The position numbers and the translations under genes are program-made. Source: Verrucomicrobiota bacterium (GTDB taxonomy: Bacteria > Verrucomicrobiota > Verrucomicrobiia > Limisphaerales > JACPZS01). Taken from it: a DNA stretch of 64,000 nucleotides. The stretch lies in assembly GCA_016195385.1 (NCBI GenBank), contig JACPZS010000068.1:3919-67918 (forward strand). Reading direction: 5' to 3'. This document shows positions 31,967 to 41,344 of this stretch, piece by piece (the stretch's first letter is position 1; each line of letters starts with the position of its first letter). The notes below the pieces were generated by a model. That model had not been told where the DNA came from, ran no database searches, and saw only the letters and a program-made list of their open reading frames with translations.

Positions 31967-33489
31967 GCCTTTGGTGCCTCATCCTTCCCCATCGCCTTTT
32001 TCAACGCGGGCACCTGCTCCAACAATTTCTCAAACTTCACGCCGGTCAGGCTCTCCAGCACGGGCGGGAGTTGCGCGATGATTTGCGTGATGTCGCCGGT
32101 GAGCTTGCTCGCGCCGCCGCCGGGGCCGGAGCCGGAATTGATGATGACCATCTTCTCCATCTTCGCGAGCGGCTCGCTGATGCGGCCGGCGATTTCCGGG
32201 AGCACCTTGACGAGCAGTTCGATGACGGCGGCCTGGTTGTATTGCTGGAAGGCTTCGGCCTTGAGGCGCGTGGCTTCGGCGGTCGCCTTGCCTTGCGCCA
32301 TGATGATGTCGGCCTGGGCGAGACCCTTGGCCTTGTTGGCCTCGGCCTCGGCGATGCCGGTGGCTTTGTTCACGTCGGCAGCGGCGAAACCCGTGGCCTT
32401 GGTCGCGGAAGCAGAACCAGCGGCTTCGGTCTCGAGCTGGAACTTGCGCGCGTTGGCGAGCGTTTCGACCTTGTAGCGCTCGGCGTCGGCGGGCTTTTGC
32501 ACGTTGGCTTCGAGTTCACGCTGCTTGCGCTGGATTTCCTGCTGCTGCAATTCGATCTGCTTTTGCTTCTCGATGATTTGCACCTGCACTTCTTCGGCTT
32601 TCACGAGCTGGCCGGTTTTGAACTTCTGCAAGTCATACGCGAGGTCGGCCTCGGCTTTCTTCTGGTTCACCGCCGCATTGTATTGCTGCACGTTCGATTG
32701 GTAGTCCCGGCTCGCCTCGGCAATTTTGGTTTCCGCGGCAAATTGAGCTTCCTGTCCGGCTTGTTTGGCTTGCGAGGATTTGATCATCGCGTCGCGGTCG
32801 GCTTCGGCTTGGGCGATTTGCGCGTCGCGTTTTACCTGGGCGATGCGCGGCTTGCCGAGAGCGTCGAGGTAACCCTGCGTGTCGCGGATGTCGCGAATGG
32901 TGAAGCTCACGATGCCAAGGCCCATGTTCGCCATGTCACCGGCGGCCACTTCCTGCACCTTCTGCGCGAAGGCGTCGCGGTTCTGGTAAATCTCCTCGAC
33001 GGTCATCGTGCCGAGAATGGCACGGAGATGGCCTTCCATCGTCTGCATCGCGATGTTCATGATCGCGTTGGTGTCCTTGCTGAGAAATTGCTCGGCGGCG
33101 GTGGCGATGGAGATGTCGTCGCCCTTGACCTTGATTTGCGCCACGCCATCAACTTTCACCGGCACGCCTTTGCTGGTGTAAACCTCGGGCGTCTGCACAT
33201 CGATCGTGAGCAATTCGAGCGAAAGGATGTCCACCTTCTCAATGACCGGGATGACGAACGTGCCGCCGCCCTTGACGATGCGGAAACCGCGGGTCTGCGC
33301 GGTGCCGTCCGGGTCGCGAAACGTGTGCCTGCGACCGGACACGACGAGGACTTCGTTTGGTCCGACCTTCGTGTAGCGGCCCGCCCAGATCGCCGCGAAG
33401 ACGAACATGACGAAAGTGAGCGCGACGACGACGAGAATGATGCCGCCGAGACCAGCGAGATCGAGTGCAAGTATGGGAGTTGGGTTCAT
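31963..33489 (-). CDS. Flotillin (SPFH/band-7 domain, FloT/YqiK-like)
   Basis: N-terminal TM helix, SPFH domain, and a long Ala/Glu/Gln-rich coiled-coil (EAxxK repeats). 508 aa. Confidence 0.9.
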   Translation of the reverse strand: MNPTPILALDLAGLGGIILVVVALTFVMFVFAAIWAGRYTKVGPNEVLVVSGRRHTFRDPDGTAQTRGFRIVKGGGTFVIPVIEKVDILSLELLTIDVQTPEVYTSKGVPVKVDGVAQIKVKGDDISIATAAEQFLSKDTNAIMNIAMQTMEGHLRAILGTMTVEEIYQNRDAFAQKVQEVAAGDMANMGLGIVSFTIRDIRDTQGYLDALGKPRIAQVKRDAQIAQAEADRDAMIKSSQAKQAGQEAQFAAETKIAEASRDYQSNVQQYNAAVNQKKAEADLAYDLQKFKTGQLVKAEEVQVQIIEKQKQIELQQQEIQRKQRELEANVQKPADAERYKVETLANARKFQLETEAAGSASATKATGFAAADVNKATGIAEAEANKAKGLAQADIIMAQGKATAEATRLKAEAFQQYNQAAVIELLVKVLPEIAGRISEPLAKMEKMVIINSGSGPGGGASKLTGDITQIIAQLPPVLESLTGVKFEKLLEQVPALKKAMGKDEAPKA

Positions 33490-33522
33490 AGATTTATTGA
33501 AGTGTGTTTCGTGGAAAAATGC

Positions 33523-34080
33523 TTACGCGGGCGTGACCATGAATTGAGTGCCCGTGCGCGTAATCTTCACGGTCTGGCCGGCGGGAATCGCGGCGCCATT
33601 TTCCGCGCGCGCGGCTGCCGTGTAGCGGGTGCCAGTCTGCACGTAGGCGATTTCCCCAACGCCATTTTCCGGAATCGGCGTGATGATCGTCGCTGTCTGA
33701 CCGACCAGCGACGCGACGTGAGATTCGCTGGAACTTTGCGTCCGGCGAAATGCCTGGTTGAACAGCCACAAAATCCCCGCCGCGATGACGAGCGCGCCGG
33801 CGAAGGCGAGCGGTGCGCTGATGAAAACATTTTTGGTCGCGTCGATATTGGAAAAGACCAGTCCCAGTCCGCCAAACGCCGTGATGAACGAGGCGATGCT
33901 GGTGGGGCTGATCGGCGACATGCCCGGCATCCCGCCGTGATCAAAACCCGCATCGGCGTGTCCGCCGGCGCCAACGCCGCCCGCGTGGACGTCATGCCCG
34001 CCGAAGAGATGCGCGCCAAACGCGCTGATGATGGTGAAGAGCAGACCGACTCCGAAACAAATGAGATAGATCGTTTCCAT
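33523..34080 (-). CDS. NfeD-family membrane protein (flotillin partner)
   Basis: N-terminal TM helices, a Gly/His-rich linker, and a C-terminal OB-fold (GVGEIAYVQTGTRYTAAARAENGAAIPAGQTVKITRTGTQFMV). It lies immediately upstream of flotillin. Confidence 0.8.
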   Translation of the reverse strand: METIYLICFGVGLLFTIISAFGAHLFGGHDVHAGGVGAGGHADAGFDHGGMPGMSPISPTSIASFITAFGGLGLVFSNIDATKNVFISAPLAFAGALVIAAGILWLFNQAFRRTQSSSESHVASLVGQTATIITPIPENGVGEIAYVQTGTRYTAAARAENGAAIPAGQTVKITRTGTQFMVTPA

Positions 34081-34251
34081 AACGTCCTGACTTGAGTTGT
34101 GTGGCCGTAGTAAAGGAGGCGCGCTTTAACCAAGCAAGCTCGAAAGCACCTCGACAGCCAGTTCAATCAGCGTTCCGATTGAATCCAACCAGTCCAAGTT
34201 ACTGAGCAGGTCTTGCCACCACGATGGCTCTTCCGAATTCATTCCACTGCG

Positions 34252-34470
34252 TCAAACGCGCCGCGACCGGCGCACAAAAAAGTAAATGAGCGCGCCGATG
34301 AAATGCGTGAAGACGATGATCAAGATCCAGACGATTTTGTCGTTGCTCTGATTGCTTTCCTTCGTCGCGCAATCCACCAGCATCCAGATCCAAAAAATGG
34401 TTCCGAGCAGGCAGAGCGGGAGAAAGAACAGGAGTGCGAAAATTTCAATGATACCGAACAGACCGAACAT
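34252..34470 (-). CDS. PLD-nuclease N-terminal (PLDc_N) small membrane protein
   Basis: MFGLFGIIEIFALLFFLPLCLLGTIFWIWMLVDCATKE...KIVWILIIVFTHFIGALIYFF. AT-rich gene. Confidence 0.6.
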   Translation of the reverse strand: MFGLFGIIEIFALLFFLPLCLLGTIFWIWMLVDCATKESNQSNDKIVWILIIVFTHFIGALIYFFVRRSRRV

Positions 34471-34767
34471 AAATTTCCTTTCGATAATTGGTTCAAAGTT
34501 CAACTGTCGGCGACATCTTTACTTGGGCGAGCGCGGCGCGTCATTTCCGAAGTCAGCCGGAGTTTGTAATCCGCGCAGAAAAAAGCGACCACGAGCGGCG
34601 GCAGAGTTCGTGATTGCTTCGCCAGTGGCCTGTCTCTATAGCATGGGCCAGCGGAACCGATCCCAATGCCTCGATACGAAGTGATGAACAAACCGGACAC
34701 AACTTCGCCGTTTGTGCGGTGGCTTGCGCCGTCACGACGGAGCAAAGAGCAGGACGGTCGCGCAGCG

Positions 34768-36951
34768 ATGTCTGCCCGACGCGGCAGAAAACTTCCACTG
34801 CTGGGATCGCTGGTCATGGCGATGTGCGCGCTCGTATTCAGCGCCTCGGCCTCGCTGCAGTTCGATGTGTTCCTCGGTTACGACGGGACCATCCGGGAGG
34901 GCGAATGGTTTCCGGTGGCGTGTGAGATTTTGAACGACGGACCTTCGTTCAAGGCCGTGTTCGAGTTTGGCAGCGAATCCGGCGGGCGCACGCAGACGCG
35001 GCGGTTCGCGCTCGAATTGCCGACCAACACCCGCAAACGTTTTTCCATTCCGGCTTTTGCGTCCGCCGGACGGTTCGCGCGCTGGAACGCGCGTTTGCTC
35101 GACGAGCGCGGCCGCGTGCGCGCCGACCGGCCGAATCTGCAAGCGAAGGATCGTCCGTGGGACAGCCCACTGATTGCCGCCATCCCCCGCAGCTTCAACG
35201 GCATGCCGGAACTTCCGAAAGGCGTGAGCCGAACCGACGATTCCGGGCTGGGCGTGCTCCGGCTCATTCCCGATCAATTTCCCGATCACTTGCTCGCGCT
35301 CGAAAGTCTCGACGCACTCTACCTGAGTTCCGAAAAAGCGATCGACCTCAAAGTGAATCAGGTTCAAGCCCTGCTCGCCTGGCTCAACGGCGGCGGGCAT
35401 CTGGTCGTCGCGGTCGAACAACCCGGCGACCTCGCCGGCACTCCGTGGCTGCGCTCGCTGCTGCCGTGCGAATTGAACAGTGTCGTCGCGAAACCGATTC
35501 GCGGCGAGCTTCAGAAATGGCTGACGAGCGAGCGCAACGAAGCGGGGTTGAATTCCAAAACGTTAGCGTCCACCGATTCATCTCCGCGCCGCCGCAACCG
35601 GATGAACGCGCGTGATTCGTCCACGCTCACTGGCGATCCGATTCGCGCGCAGTTACCGGATGAAGCATTCGATCAAGCTGAACTCAGCGTCGCGGTCGGT
35701 TCGCTGCGGGACGGTAAGCCGCTGCTGGAGTTGGACGGCACACCCGCGATCATCCAGGCGCGGCGCGGTCGCGGCTTGGTTACGGTTTTGGCGTTCAGTC
35801 CCGAGCGCGAACCGTTTCGTTCGTGGAAGAACCGGAGTTGGTTTTGGGCAAAACTCCTCGACGTTCCGGCGCATTGGTTCACGCAACCGGACTCCAATCG
35901 CTACGGCGGTGTGAGTCTCGACGGCGTCATCGGCTCGATGATCGACAGCACCCAGGTGCGCAAACTGCCCGTCACCTGGCTGCTCGCGTTGCTCATCGTT
36001 TACCTGGTCGTCATCGGCCCCTTGGATCAATTTTGGCTCAAGCGATTGAACCGGCAGATGCTCACGTGGATCACGTTCCCCGCGTACGTCGCATTTTTTT
36101 CCGGCCTGATTTATTTCATCGGCTACCGGCTGCGCGCCGGCGAAACGGAATGGAACGAGTTGACGATGGTGGACGTGCTACCGCGCGGCCCGCAAGTCGA
36201 ATTGCGCGGGCGCACTTACGCTTCGGTGTACTCGCCCGTGAATGCCCGCTACGAACTGGTCAGCGACCAGCCGTACGCGAGCCTGCGCGGCGAATTTCAA
36301 GGTGCGTGGGCGGGCGGCCTCGAGCAAAGCCGCTCGGCGGTCGAGCAGCGCGTCAATGGCTACCGGGGCGAAATCGACGTGCCCGTCTGGACAAGCCAGC
36401 TTTTCGTGAGCGACTGGTTGCAACCCGGCAACGCGCCATTGACCGCCAAAGCTGTTTCCCGGCGTGGAAAAATCGAAGTGGAAATTTCCAGCGCTTTGAG
36501 CCAGCGGCTGGACGATGTGCGGCTCGCGTTGAACGGCAAAGTTTATCCGCTCGGCGCATTTGCTCCAAACCAGTCGCGCAAAATCACCCTCGACGAAGCG
36601 CAGGAAGGACGCGGCTTGCCGGAACTGCTCAACGCCGCACGTGGTGAATTTAGCAACGCTGTGCAGTATCGTCGCCAGGCGGTGGGGCGGGATATTCGGG
36701 TGGGCAAGAGCGCCGAAAATTTAATCGCCGCGTCCATCGCTTCGCGTCCGGAGGAGATCATCCAGAACGGCCAATTCTTCGTTTCACCGCGCGGCATGGA
36801 CGTTGGTGCGGCAATCGACCGCGGCGAGGCGGTGCTGTTCGCGTGGTCGCGCGAAGGTTCGGTAATCAACCCGGCTTACCGTTTCACCCCCAAACGCTCA
36901 CACCGCGAAACACTGCTCCGCTTGAGCGTGCCACTGACGGCAGCGGATTGA
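34768..36951 (+). CDS. Large hypothetical protein with a signal peptide and two internal TM helices
   Basis: I chose the start at MSARRGRKLPLLGSLVMAMCALVFSASA (track ORF starts at 34666). TM pair around VTWLLALLIVYLVVIG...ITFPAYVAFFSGLIYFIGY. Upstream of an ABC-2-type ATPase. Confidence 0.5.
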   Translation: MSARRGRKLPLLGSLVMAMCALVFSASASLQFDVFLGYDGTIREGEWFPVACEILNDGPSFKAVFEFGSESGGRTQTRRFALELPTNTRKRFSIPAFASAGRFARWNARLLDERGRVRADRPNLQAKDRPWDSPLIAAIPRSFNGMPELPKGVSRTDDSGLGVLRLIPDQFPDHLLALESLDALYLSSEKAIDLKVNQVQALLAWLNGGGHLVVAVEQPGDLAGTPWLRSLLPCELNSVVAKPIRGELQKWLTSERNEAGLNSKTLASTDSSPRRRNRMNARDSSTLTGDPIRAQLPDEAFDQAELSVAVGSLRDGKPLLELDGTPAIIQARRGRGLVTVLAFSPEREPFRSWKNRSWFWAKLLDVPAHWFTQPDSNRYGGVSLDGVIGSMIDSTQVRKLPVTWLLALLIVYLVVIGPLDQFWLKRLNRQMLTWITFPAYVAFFSGLIYFIGYRLRAGETEWNELTMVDVLPRGPQVELRGRTYASVYSPVNARYELVSDQPYASLRGEFQGAWAGGLEQSRSAVEQRVNGYRGEIDVPVWTSQLFVSDWLQPGNAPLTAKAVSRRGKIEVEISSALSQRLDDVRLALNGKVYPLGAFAPNQSRKITLDEAQEGRGLPELLNAARGEFSNAVQYRRQAVGRDIRVGKSAENLIAASIASRPEEIIQNGQFFVSPRGMDVGAAIDRGEAVLFAWSREGSVINPAYRFTPKRSHRETLLRLSVPLTAAD

Positions 36952-37055
36952 CTGCACGAAAAACGGACATGAAAAAATTAACCTTTGTTTCGACCATGAC
37001 TTGGCATTTCCGAGCAGCGCATTCCTCGGTAGCACATGTGATTGACGATCCGTTT

Positions 37056-37270
37056 CACAATCCCAACGGGATTGTGTCTTTCAGCCCAGGGTTGCGAGGC
37101 ACGAGCTACCCTGGGTCTTTCGTGCGAGCGTGTTCAACTCCAACGGAGTTGTGGCAGATCCTGCTCGTCGAACCGCAACCCCGTTGGGGTTGTTGGTTTC
37201 CGGCGCAGTTTCCCAAGGTAGCTCGTGCCTCGCAACCTTGGGCTATGTGCCGGAATCCCGTTGGGATTCC
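37056..37270. repeat. 215-bp hierarchical palindrome made of 6 self-complementary sub-hairpins in 3 mirror pairs about 37163/37164
   Basis: hp1 37056-37076 CACAATCCCAACGGGATTGTG. A 37085-37115 CCCAGGGTTGCGAGGCACGAGCTACCCTGGG. hpM 37135-37151 CAACTCCAACGGAGTTG. hp2 37176-37192 CAACCCCGTTGGGGTTG. A' 37212-37242 CCCAAGGTAGCTCGTGCCTCGCAACCTTGGG. hp3 37252-37270 GGAATCCCGTTGGGATTCC. The centres lie at +/-20.5, +/-63.5 and +/-97.5 nt from the dyad. Confidence 0.8.
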
Positions 37271-37324
37271 AGTCTGGAATTCCCGAAAAGCATTAGCGCC
37301 AGCCAAACAACAGTCCATTTGCGC

Positions 37325-38281
37325 ATGAGCAACTCCACTCCCAATCCCAGCCCGGCCGTGCAAACCTTCGGCTTGAGCCGTGTTTACGGAACGCTCACGG
37401 CCTTGGACAATCTCGACCTCACGATCCACCGCGGCGATTTGTTCGGCTTCATCGGCTCGAATGGCGCGGGCAAAACCACGACATTGCGTATCCTCGCCAC
37501 GTTTCTTTCGCCGTCTGCCGGACGCGCGGAGGTGCTGGGGCACGACGTGGTGAGCGCGGCGGATTCCGTCCGGCACGTCATCGGCTACATGCCGGATTTC
37601 TTCGGCGTGTACAAGGACATGGAAGTCACCGAGTATCTGGATTTCTTCGGCGCGTGCTACAAAATCCCGACCGCACAGCGTGAGAAGACCGTCAACGACG
37701 TGCTCGAACTCGTGGGCCTCAGCGAAAAACGCGGCGCGCTCATCGGCGCGTTGAGCCGCGGGATGCAGCAACGCATCGGCCTGGCGCGCGTGTTGATTCA
37801 CGATCCGCAGGTGCTGCTGCTCGACGAGCCGGCCAGCGGTCTCGACCCGCGCGCGCGCATCGAGATGATGGCGATCTTGCAGGAGCTGCAGCGGCTCGGC
37901 AAAACGATCATCATCTCGTCGCACATCCTCAGCGAACTGCAGACGCTCTGCAATCGCGTCGCCATCATCGAGCGCGGCAAGCTCATCTACAGCGGGCCGG
38001 TGCAGGGCGTGCGCCAACAAATGTCGAGCGGGTTGATCTACTGGATCAAGGTCAACAGCGATGCCGGCCAGGCGCTCGAACTGCTCAAGACCTGTCCGCA
38101 AATCACCGCCGCCGAATCAGTCGATGGCCGCATCAAAGTGACGCTGGTGGATCACGACACGGATCCGAGCAACGTGGCGGAAATCCTGGTGCGCGGTGGT
38201 GCGCGGCTCGTCGAATTCCGCGAGGACGAAGTCGGTCTGGAAAAAGTCTTTCTGCACGTCACGCGCGGCGAGACGCAGTGA
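37325..38281 (+). CDS. ABC transporter ATP-binding protein (ABC-2/DrrA/GldA-like)
   Basis: GSNGAGKTT Walker A, LSRGMQQRIGLARVL signature, LLLDEPASGLD Walker B. I chose the start at MSNSTPNP; the track ORF runs open upstream through the palindrome. Confidence 0.85.
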   Translation: MSNSTPNPSPAVQTFGLSRVYGTLTALDNLDLTIHRGDLFGFIGSNGAGKTTTLRILATFLSPSAGRAEVLGHDVVSAADSVRHVIGYMPDFFGVYKDMEVTEYLDFFGACYKIPTAQREKTVNDVLELVGLSEKRGALIGALSRGMQQRIGLARVLIHDPQVLLLDEPASGLDPRARIEMMAILQELQRLGKTIIISSHILSELQTLCNRVAIIERGKLIYSGPVQGVRQQMSSGLIYWIKVNSDAGQALELLKTCPQITAAESVDGRIKVTLVDHDTDPSNVAEILVRGGARLVEFREDEVGLEKVFLHVTRGETQ

Positions 38282-38366
38282 AGCGTGCTCAGGCAAAATG
38301 TTAGGCATTGAAGTTTCCCCCGAAAGAGTGGACAAGGGGCGGAGAACCCAAGAAAGAAAAACCGCT

Positions 38367-38645
38367 ATGTCCACGACGACCAAAACAAATCGAAAGACCT
38401 ACGACCCTGAGTTCAAGAAGCAGGCCGTGCAGCTGCTGCTCTCCAGCGGCCGGCCCCTGGCCCAGATCGTCCGCGAGTTGGGCGTGCTGTCCTGGCAGTT
38501 GCGCGACTGGAAGCAGCGCCTCCAGCCGCAACTGGCCCAGCAACCCGAGACCCTCGAAGCGATGCGCCGGAATTCGTCGCGGTGGCCGATTTCAACGGCG
38601 GCGCCAAGCCGGCGGTCGCTTGGAGCGACGGCGCACAGCAAGTGA
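38367..38645 (+). mobile_element. IS3-family transposase OrfA N-terminal (HTH) fragment: an IS remnant
   Basis: MSTTTKTNRKTYDPEFKKQAVQLLLSSGRPLAQIVRELGVLSWQLRDWKQRL matches the IS3/IS911 OrfA HTH region. After about 60 aa it degenerates. There is no orfB and no terminal repeats. Confidence 0.6.
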
Positions 38646-38882
38646 CGCTCGAAGGATTCGCGAAGCTGATGGCAGACCTCAAGCCGTTCATCGCGGGGGC
38701 GGGACGGAAGTAGGACGGCGAGTCCGCCAAAAGCCGAGTCCACTGAATCGCGGAGAGCGCGTCCGTTGGACATGGAACGGAAATTTTGCGGCCAAAAATT
38801 TGTTCGCGAACTTAAACCCACGGATGAAGAGGCTTGCTTTGGTCCGCGGATTTTACGAGAAGGTTGTCGGCAAAGGCAGCCT

Positions 38883-40568
38883 ATGACACATCGTGATCGC
38901 CCCTGTGGGGTTTTCAGCAACGCATCGAAATGGATCCTCTGGATTTGTTTCTGCCTGTTGTCGGCGACAAGTTCGCTGCGCGGCACTCCCAATCCTTTTA
39001 CGGCCACCACGACGGATTCGATTTTCTACGAAGTGTTGCCGAAGCCGACTTTCCCGCTAGCCACCGCAACGGTTATTGAGTCATCCCCGCCGCCGTGGCC
39101 GGGCGGCTCGTTGGATCTCGTCATCACGAATGGCTTCCAGCCCGGCGAGGATCATCTCGCAATCGGGGCTTCGGGCGCGAGCTTGATCACGACTGCTCGC
39201 GATCCGGCGACGAATGACTCGTTGATCGTCAGTTTCGCCGGGACGCCATTCGCCACGGCTTCTGGTTTTCTGGCGGCGCAAGATGTGACAGCCGGCGCGC
39301 AACTCCATTGTGTGTTCAACGCGCAAGCGACGACCACGGCCATTCAAGCTCTGCTGCGGCAGCTCGTATTGACGAACGACGTGTTTGGTTTCTCGCTGTT
39401 TGAGACCAACATTACGGCGCACTTTGCTTCGCGCGCGTGTGAGTTTTCCCTTTCGGATGGAACTAATCATTTCGCGACGGCTTCAATCCTGGTCGATTTT
39501 CCTTTTGTCACCGCGATCCGCTGCGTGCCTCAAGTAGTGGTGGTCACTTCAGAAGTGACGGGCATGGTTCGCGCCGAAGCGGAATTCAGCAATCCGCAGA
39601 AAAACACAACCCAGCGCCTTGGTTCTCAAGTGTTATGGTCGGTAACAGATCCCTTTTTTTACACGATTACAAATGATGCGATCCATCTTGAAACAGCCGT
39701 CGTAGGCATCAATCCCCAGCAAACTGGAGCAAATTATACTCCCTCGGCAGACGTAGTCGGCGTGGTGCCCGGCACGGGACTCATGGCGACTGCCTGCATC
39801 AAGGCATACCACACGTATGATTACCACATTTGTTACTTTAGCTTCCTTACTGTCCCCTATAACAACTGCACGGCGTTCTCCAGCCCCGCTTCAGTGGTCG
39901 TCCCGCACGCAGAAGGAAGCAGGTCTCTGCAATCGGTGCCGACTGTCTCATCAGACTTGTTCTCCCTGGCAACCTATCGCGCCTTGGAATCATTGATGAA
40001 CCAGACTGCCGAAGGTCGCCGTCTTGCTGACTTGTACTGGCAGAACACGAGTGAATTAGTGGACATCTTCGTTGCCCATCCTGATTTGATCCCTCAATCG
40101 CTGGCCATCGTGAAAGACTGGGAACCAAGAATCGGTGTGCTGCTCTCAAGTCAAGGCACTAATTCGGTGATCACCGCAGCAATGATTCGCTCCCTCAACC
40201 TGACTTGGAACCGCTTGACGAACTACGCCAGCCCGACGCTGCGGACAAGCCTCATCAACGAGCGGGCGAGGTTTAACAACTTCCAGGACTTCACCGGAAA
40301 AAATCTGGCCGACTGGGCGCAGATGCTTGGATTGCCCGTGCCCAGCCAACCTTCGATTCATCTCTCGCAACCGAGACGTTCCAGCGAAGGCTTCAGCGTC
40401 GAAGCCAACTACATCGGCGGCCTCGGCTATTCGCTGCTTACGAGCCTGAATCTGGCGGATTGGATTCCCGCCAACGGCGTTCGGCTGCTGACAAACGGTT
40501 TGACCTTGAGCCTGACCGATACGAATCCTCCGTCGCCCACCACGTTCTACAAGGTTCAAGCCCGCTAG
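38883..40568 (+). CDS. Secreted hypothetical protein, lower G+C, ending in a C-terminal FYKV-type module
   Basis: Start at MTHRDRPCGVFSNASKWILWICFCLLSATSSLRG (signal peptide); the track ORF starts at 38766. No recognisable catalytic motifs. Tail ...LTDTNPPSPTTFYKVQAR. Confidence 0.55.
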   Translation: MTHRDRPCGVFSNASKWILWICFCLLSATSSLRGTPNPFTATTTDSIFYEVLPKPTFPLATATVIESSPPPWPGGSLDLVITNGFQPGEDHLAIGASGASLITTARDPATNDSLIVSFAGTPFATASGFLAAQDVTAGAQLHCVFNAQATTTAIQALLRQLVLTNDVFGFSLFETNITAHFASRACEFSLSDGTNHFATASILVDFPFVTAIRCVPQVVVVTSEVTGMVRAEAEFSNPQKNTTQRLGSQVLWSVTDPFFYTITNDAIHLETAVVGINPQQTGANYTPSADVVGVVPGTGLMATACIKAYHTYDYHICYFSFLTVPYNNCTAFSSPASVVVPHAEGSRSLQSVPTVSSDLFSLATYRALESLMNQTAEGRRLADLYWQNTSELVDIFVAHPDLIPQSLAIVKDWEPRIGVLLSSQGTNSVITAAMIRSLNLTWNRLTNYASPTLRTSLINERARFNNFQDFTGKNLADWAQMLGLPVPSQPSIHLSQPRRSSEGFSVEANYIGGLGYSLLTSLNLADWIPANGVRLLTNGLTLSLTDTNPPSPTTFYKVQAR

Positions 40569-40656
40569 TCAGAAACATTGGTCCCGGCTTCATCAATGTT
40601 GCTGGTTTGTAACTTGTCTATCCGCGCGATCGCAGTAAACAATCCCCTCGATCTTC

Positions 40657-41331
40657 ATGAAAAAATTTGCCGCTGAATTTTTCGGAACCTTCGCCCTCGT
40701 ATTCGCCGGGACGGGTGCAATCATCATCAATCGGGTCAGTGGCGGCGCTGTCACACACGTGGGCGTGGCGCTGACGTTCGGGCTGGTCGTGCTGGCGATG
40801 ATTTACGCGCTGGGCGATGTATCCGGCGCGCATTTGAACCCCGCCGTGACGCTTGGATTTTTCGCGGCACGACGCTTTGAAGGCCGGCTCGTGGCACCCT
40901 ATGTCGCGAGCCAGACGGCGGGCGCGTTGCTGGCCAGCGGCGTCTTGCGGTTTCTGTTTCCCGGCAACCAAACTTTGGGGGCGACGTTGCCTGCGGGTTC
41001 CGCAATGCAATCTTTCATTTTGGAAATTATCCTCACGTCGCTGCTGATGTTTGTCATTCTCGGCGTCTCGACCGGCGCGAAGGAAAAAGGCATCACCGCC
41101 GGTGTTGCCGTGGGCGCCGTCATCGCGTTTGAGGCGCTTTTCGCCGGGCCGATTTCCGGCGCGTCGATGAATCCCGCCCGCTCATTCGCGCCAGCAATTG
41201 TCAGCGGCCATCTTGAACAGCTTTGGGTTTATCTCACCGCGCCGATTCTCGGTGCGCTGCTGGCCGTTCCCGGCTGTCGCTGCGTGCAGCCGGCCGGTTG
41301 TTGCGTGCGCGCCCAGGCCGGAACCTGCTGA
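40657..41331 (+). CDS. MIP-family channel (aquaglyceroporin-like), probably an arsenite channel given the adjacent arsC
   Basis: Two NPA boxes (HLNPAVT and SMNPARS) and six TM helices. An unusual Cys-rich C-terminal tail, [20 protein letters not shown]. Confidence 0.85.
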   Translation: MKKFAAEFFGTFALVFAGTGAIIINRVSGGAVTHVGVALTFGLVVLAMIYALGDVSGAHLNPAVTLGFFAARRFEGRLVAPYVASQTAGALLASGVLRFLFPGNQTLGATLPAGSAMQSFILEIILTSLLMFVILGVSTGAKEKGITAGVAVGAVIAFEALFAGPISGASMNPARSFAPAIVSGHLEQLWVYLTAPILGALLAVPGCRCVQPAGCCVRAQAGTC

Positions 41332-41344
41332 ACAAATTCAAGCC

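Noticed and set aside
36843-37328. 161-aa plus-strand ORF spanning the nested palindrome region (includes MKKLTFVSTMTWHF...)
   Set aside because: It is driven by open frames through the palindromic repeats. It has no signal peptide or domain signature and is continuous in frame with the ABC ATPase only by chance. I treat the region as noncoding.
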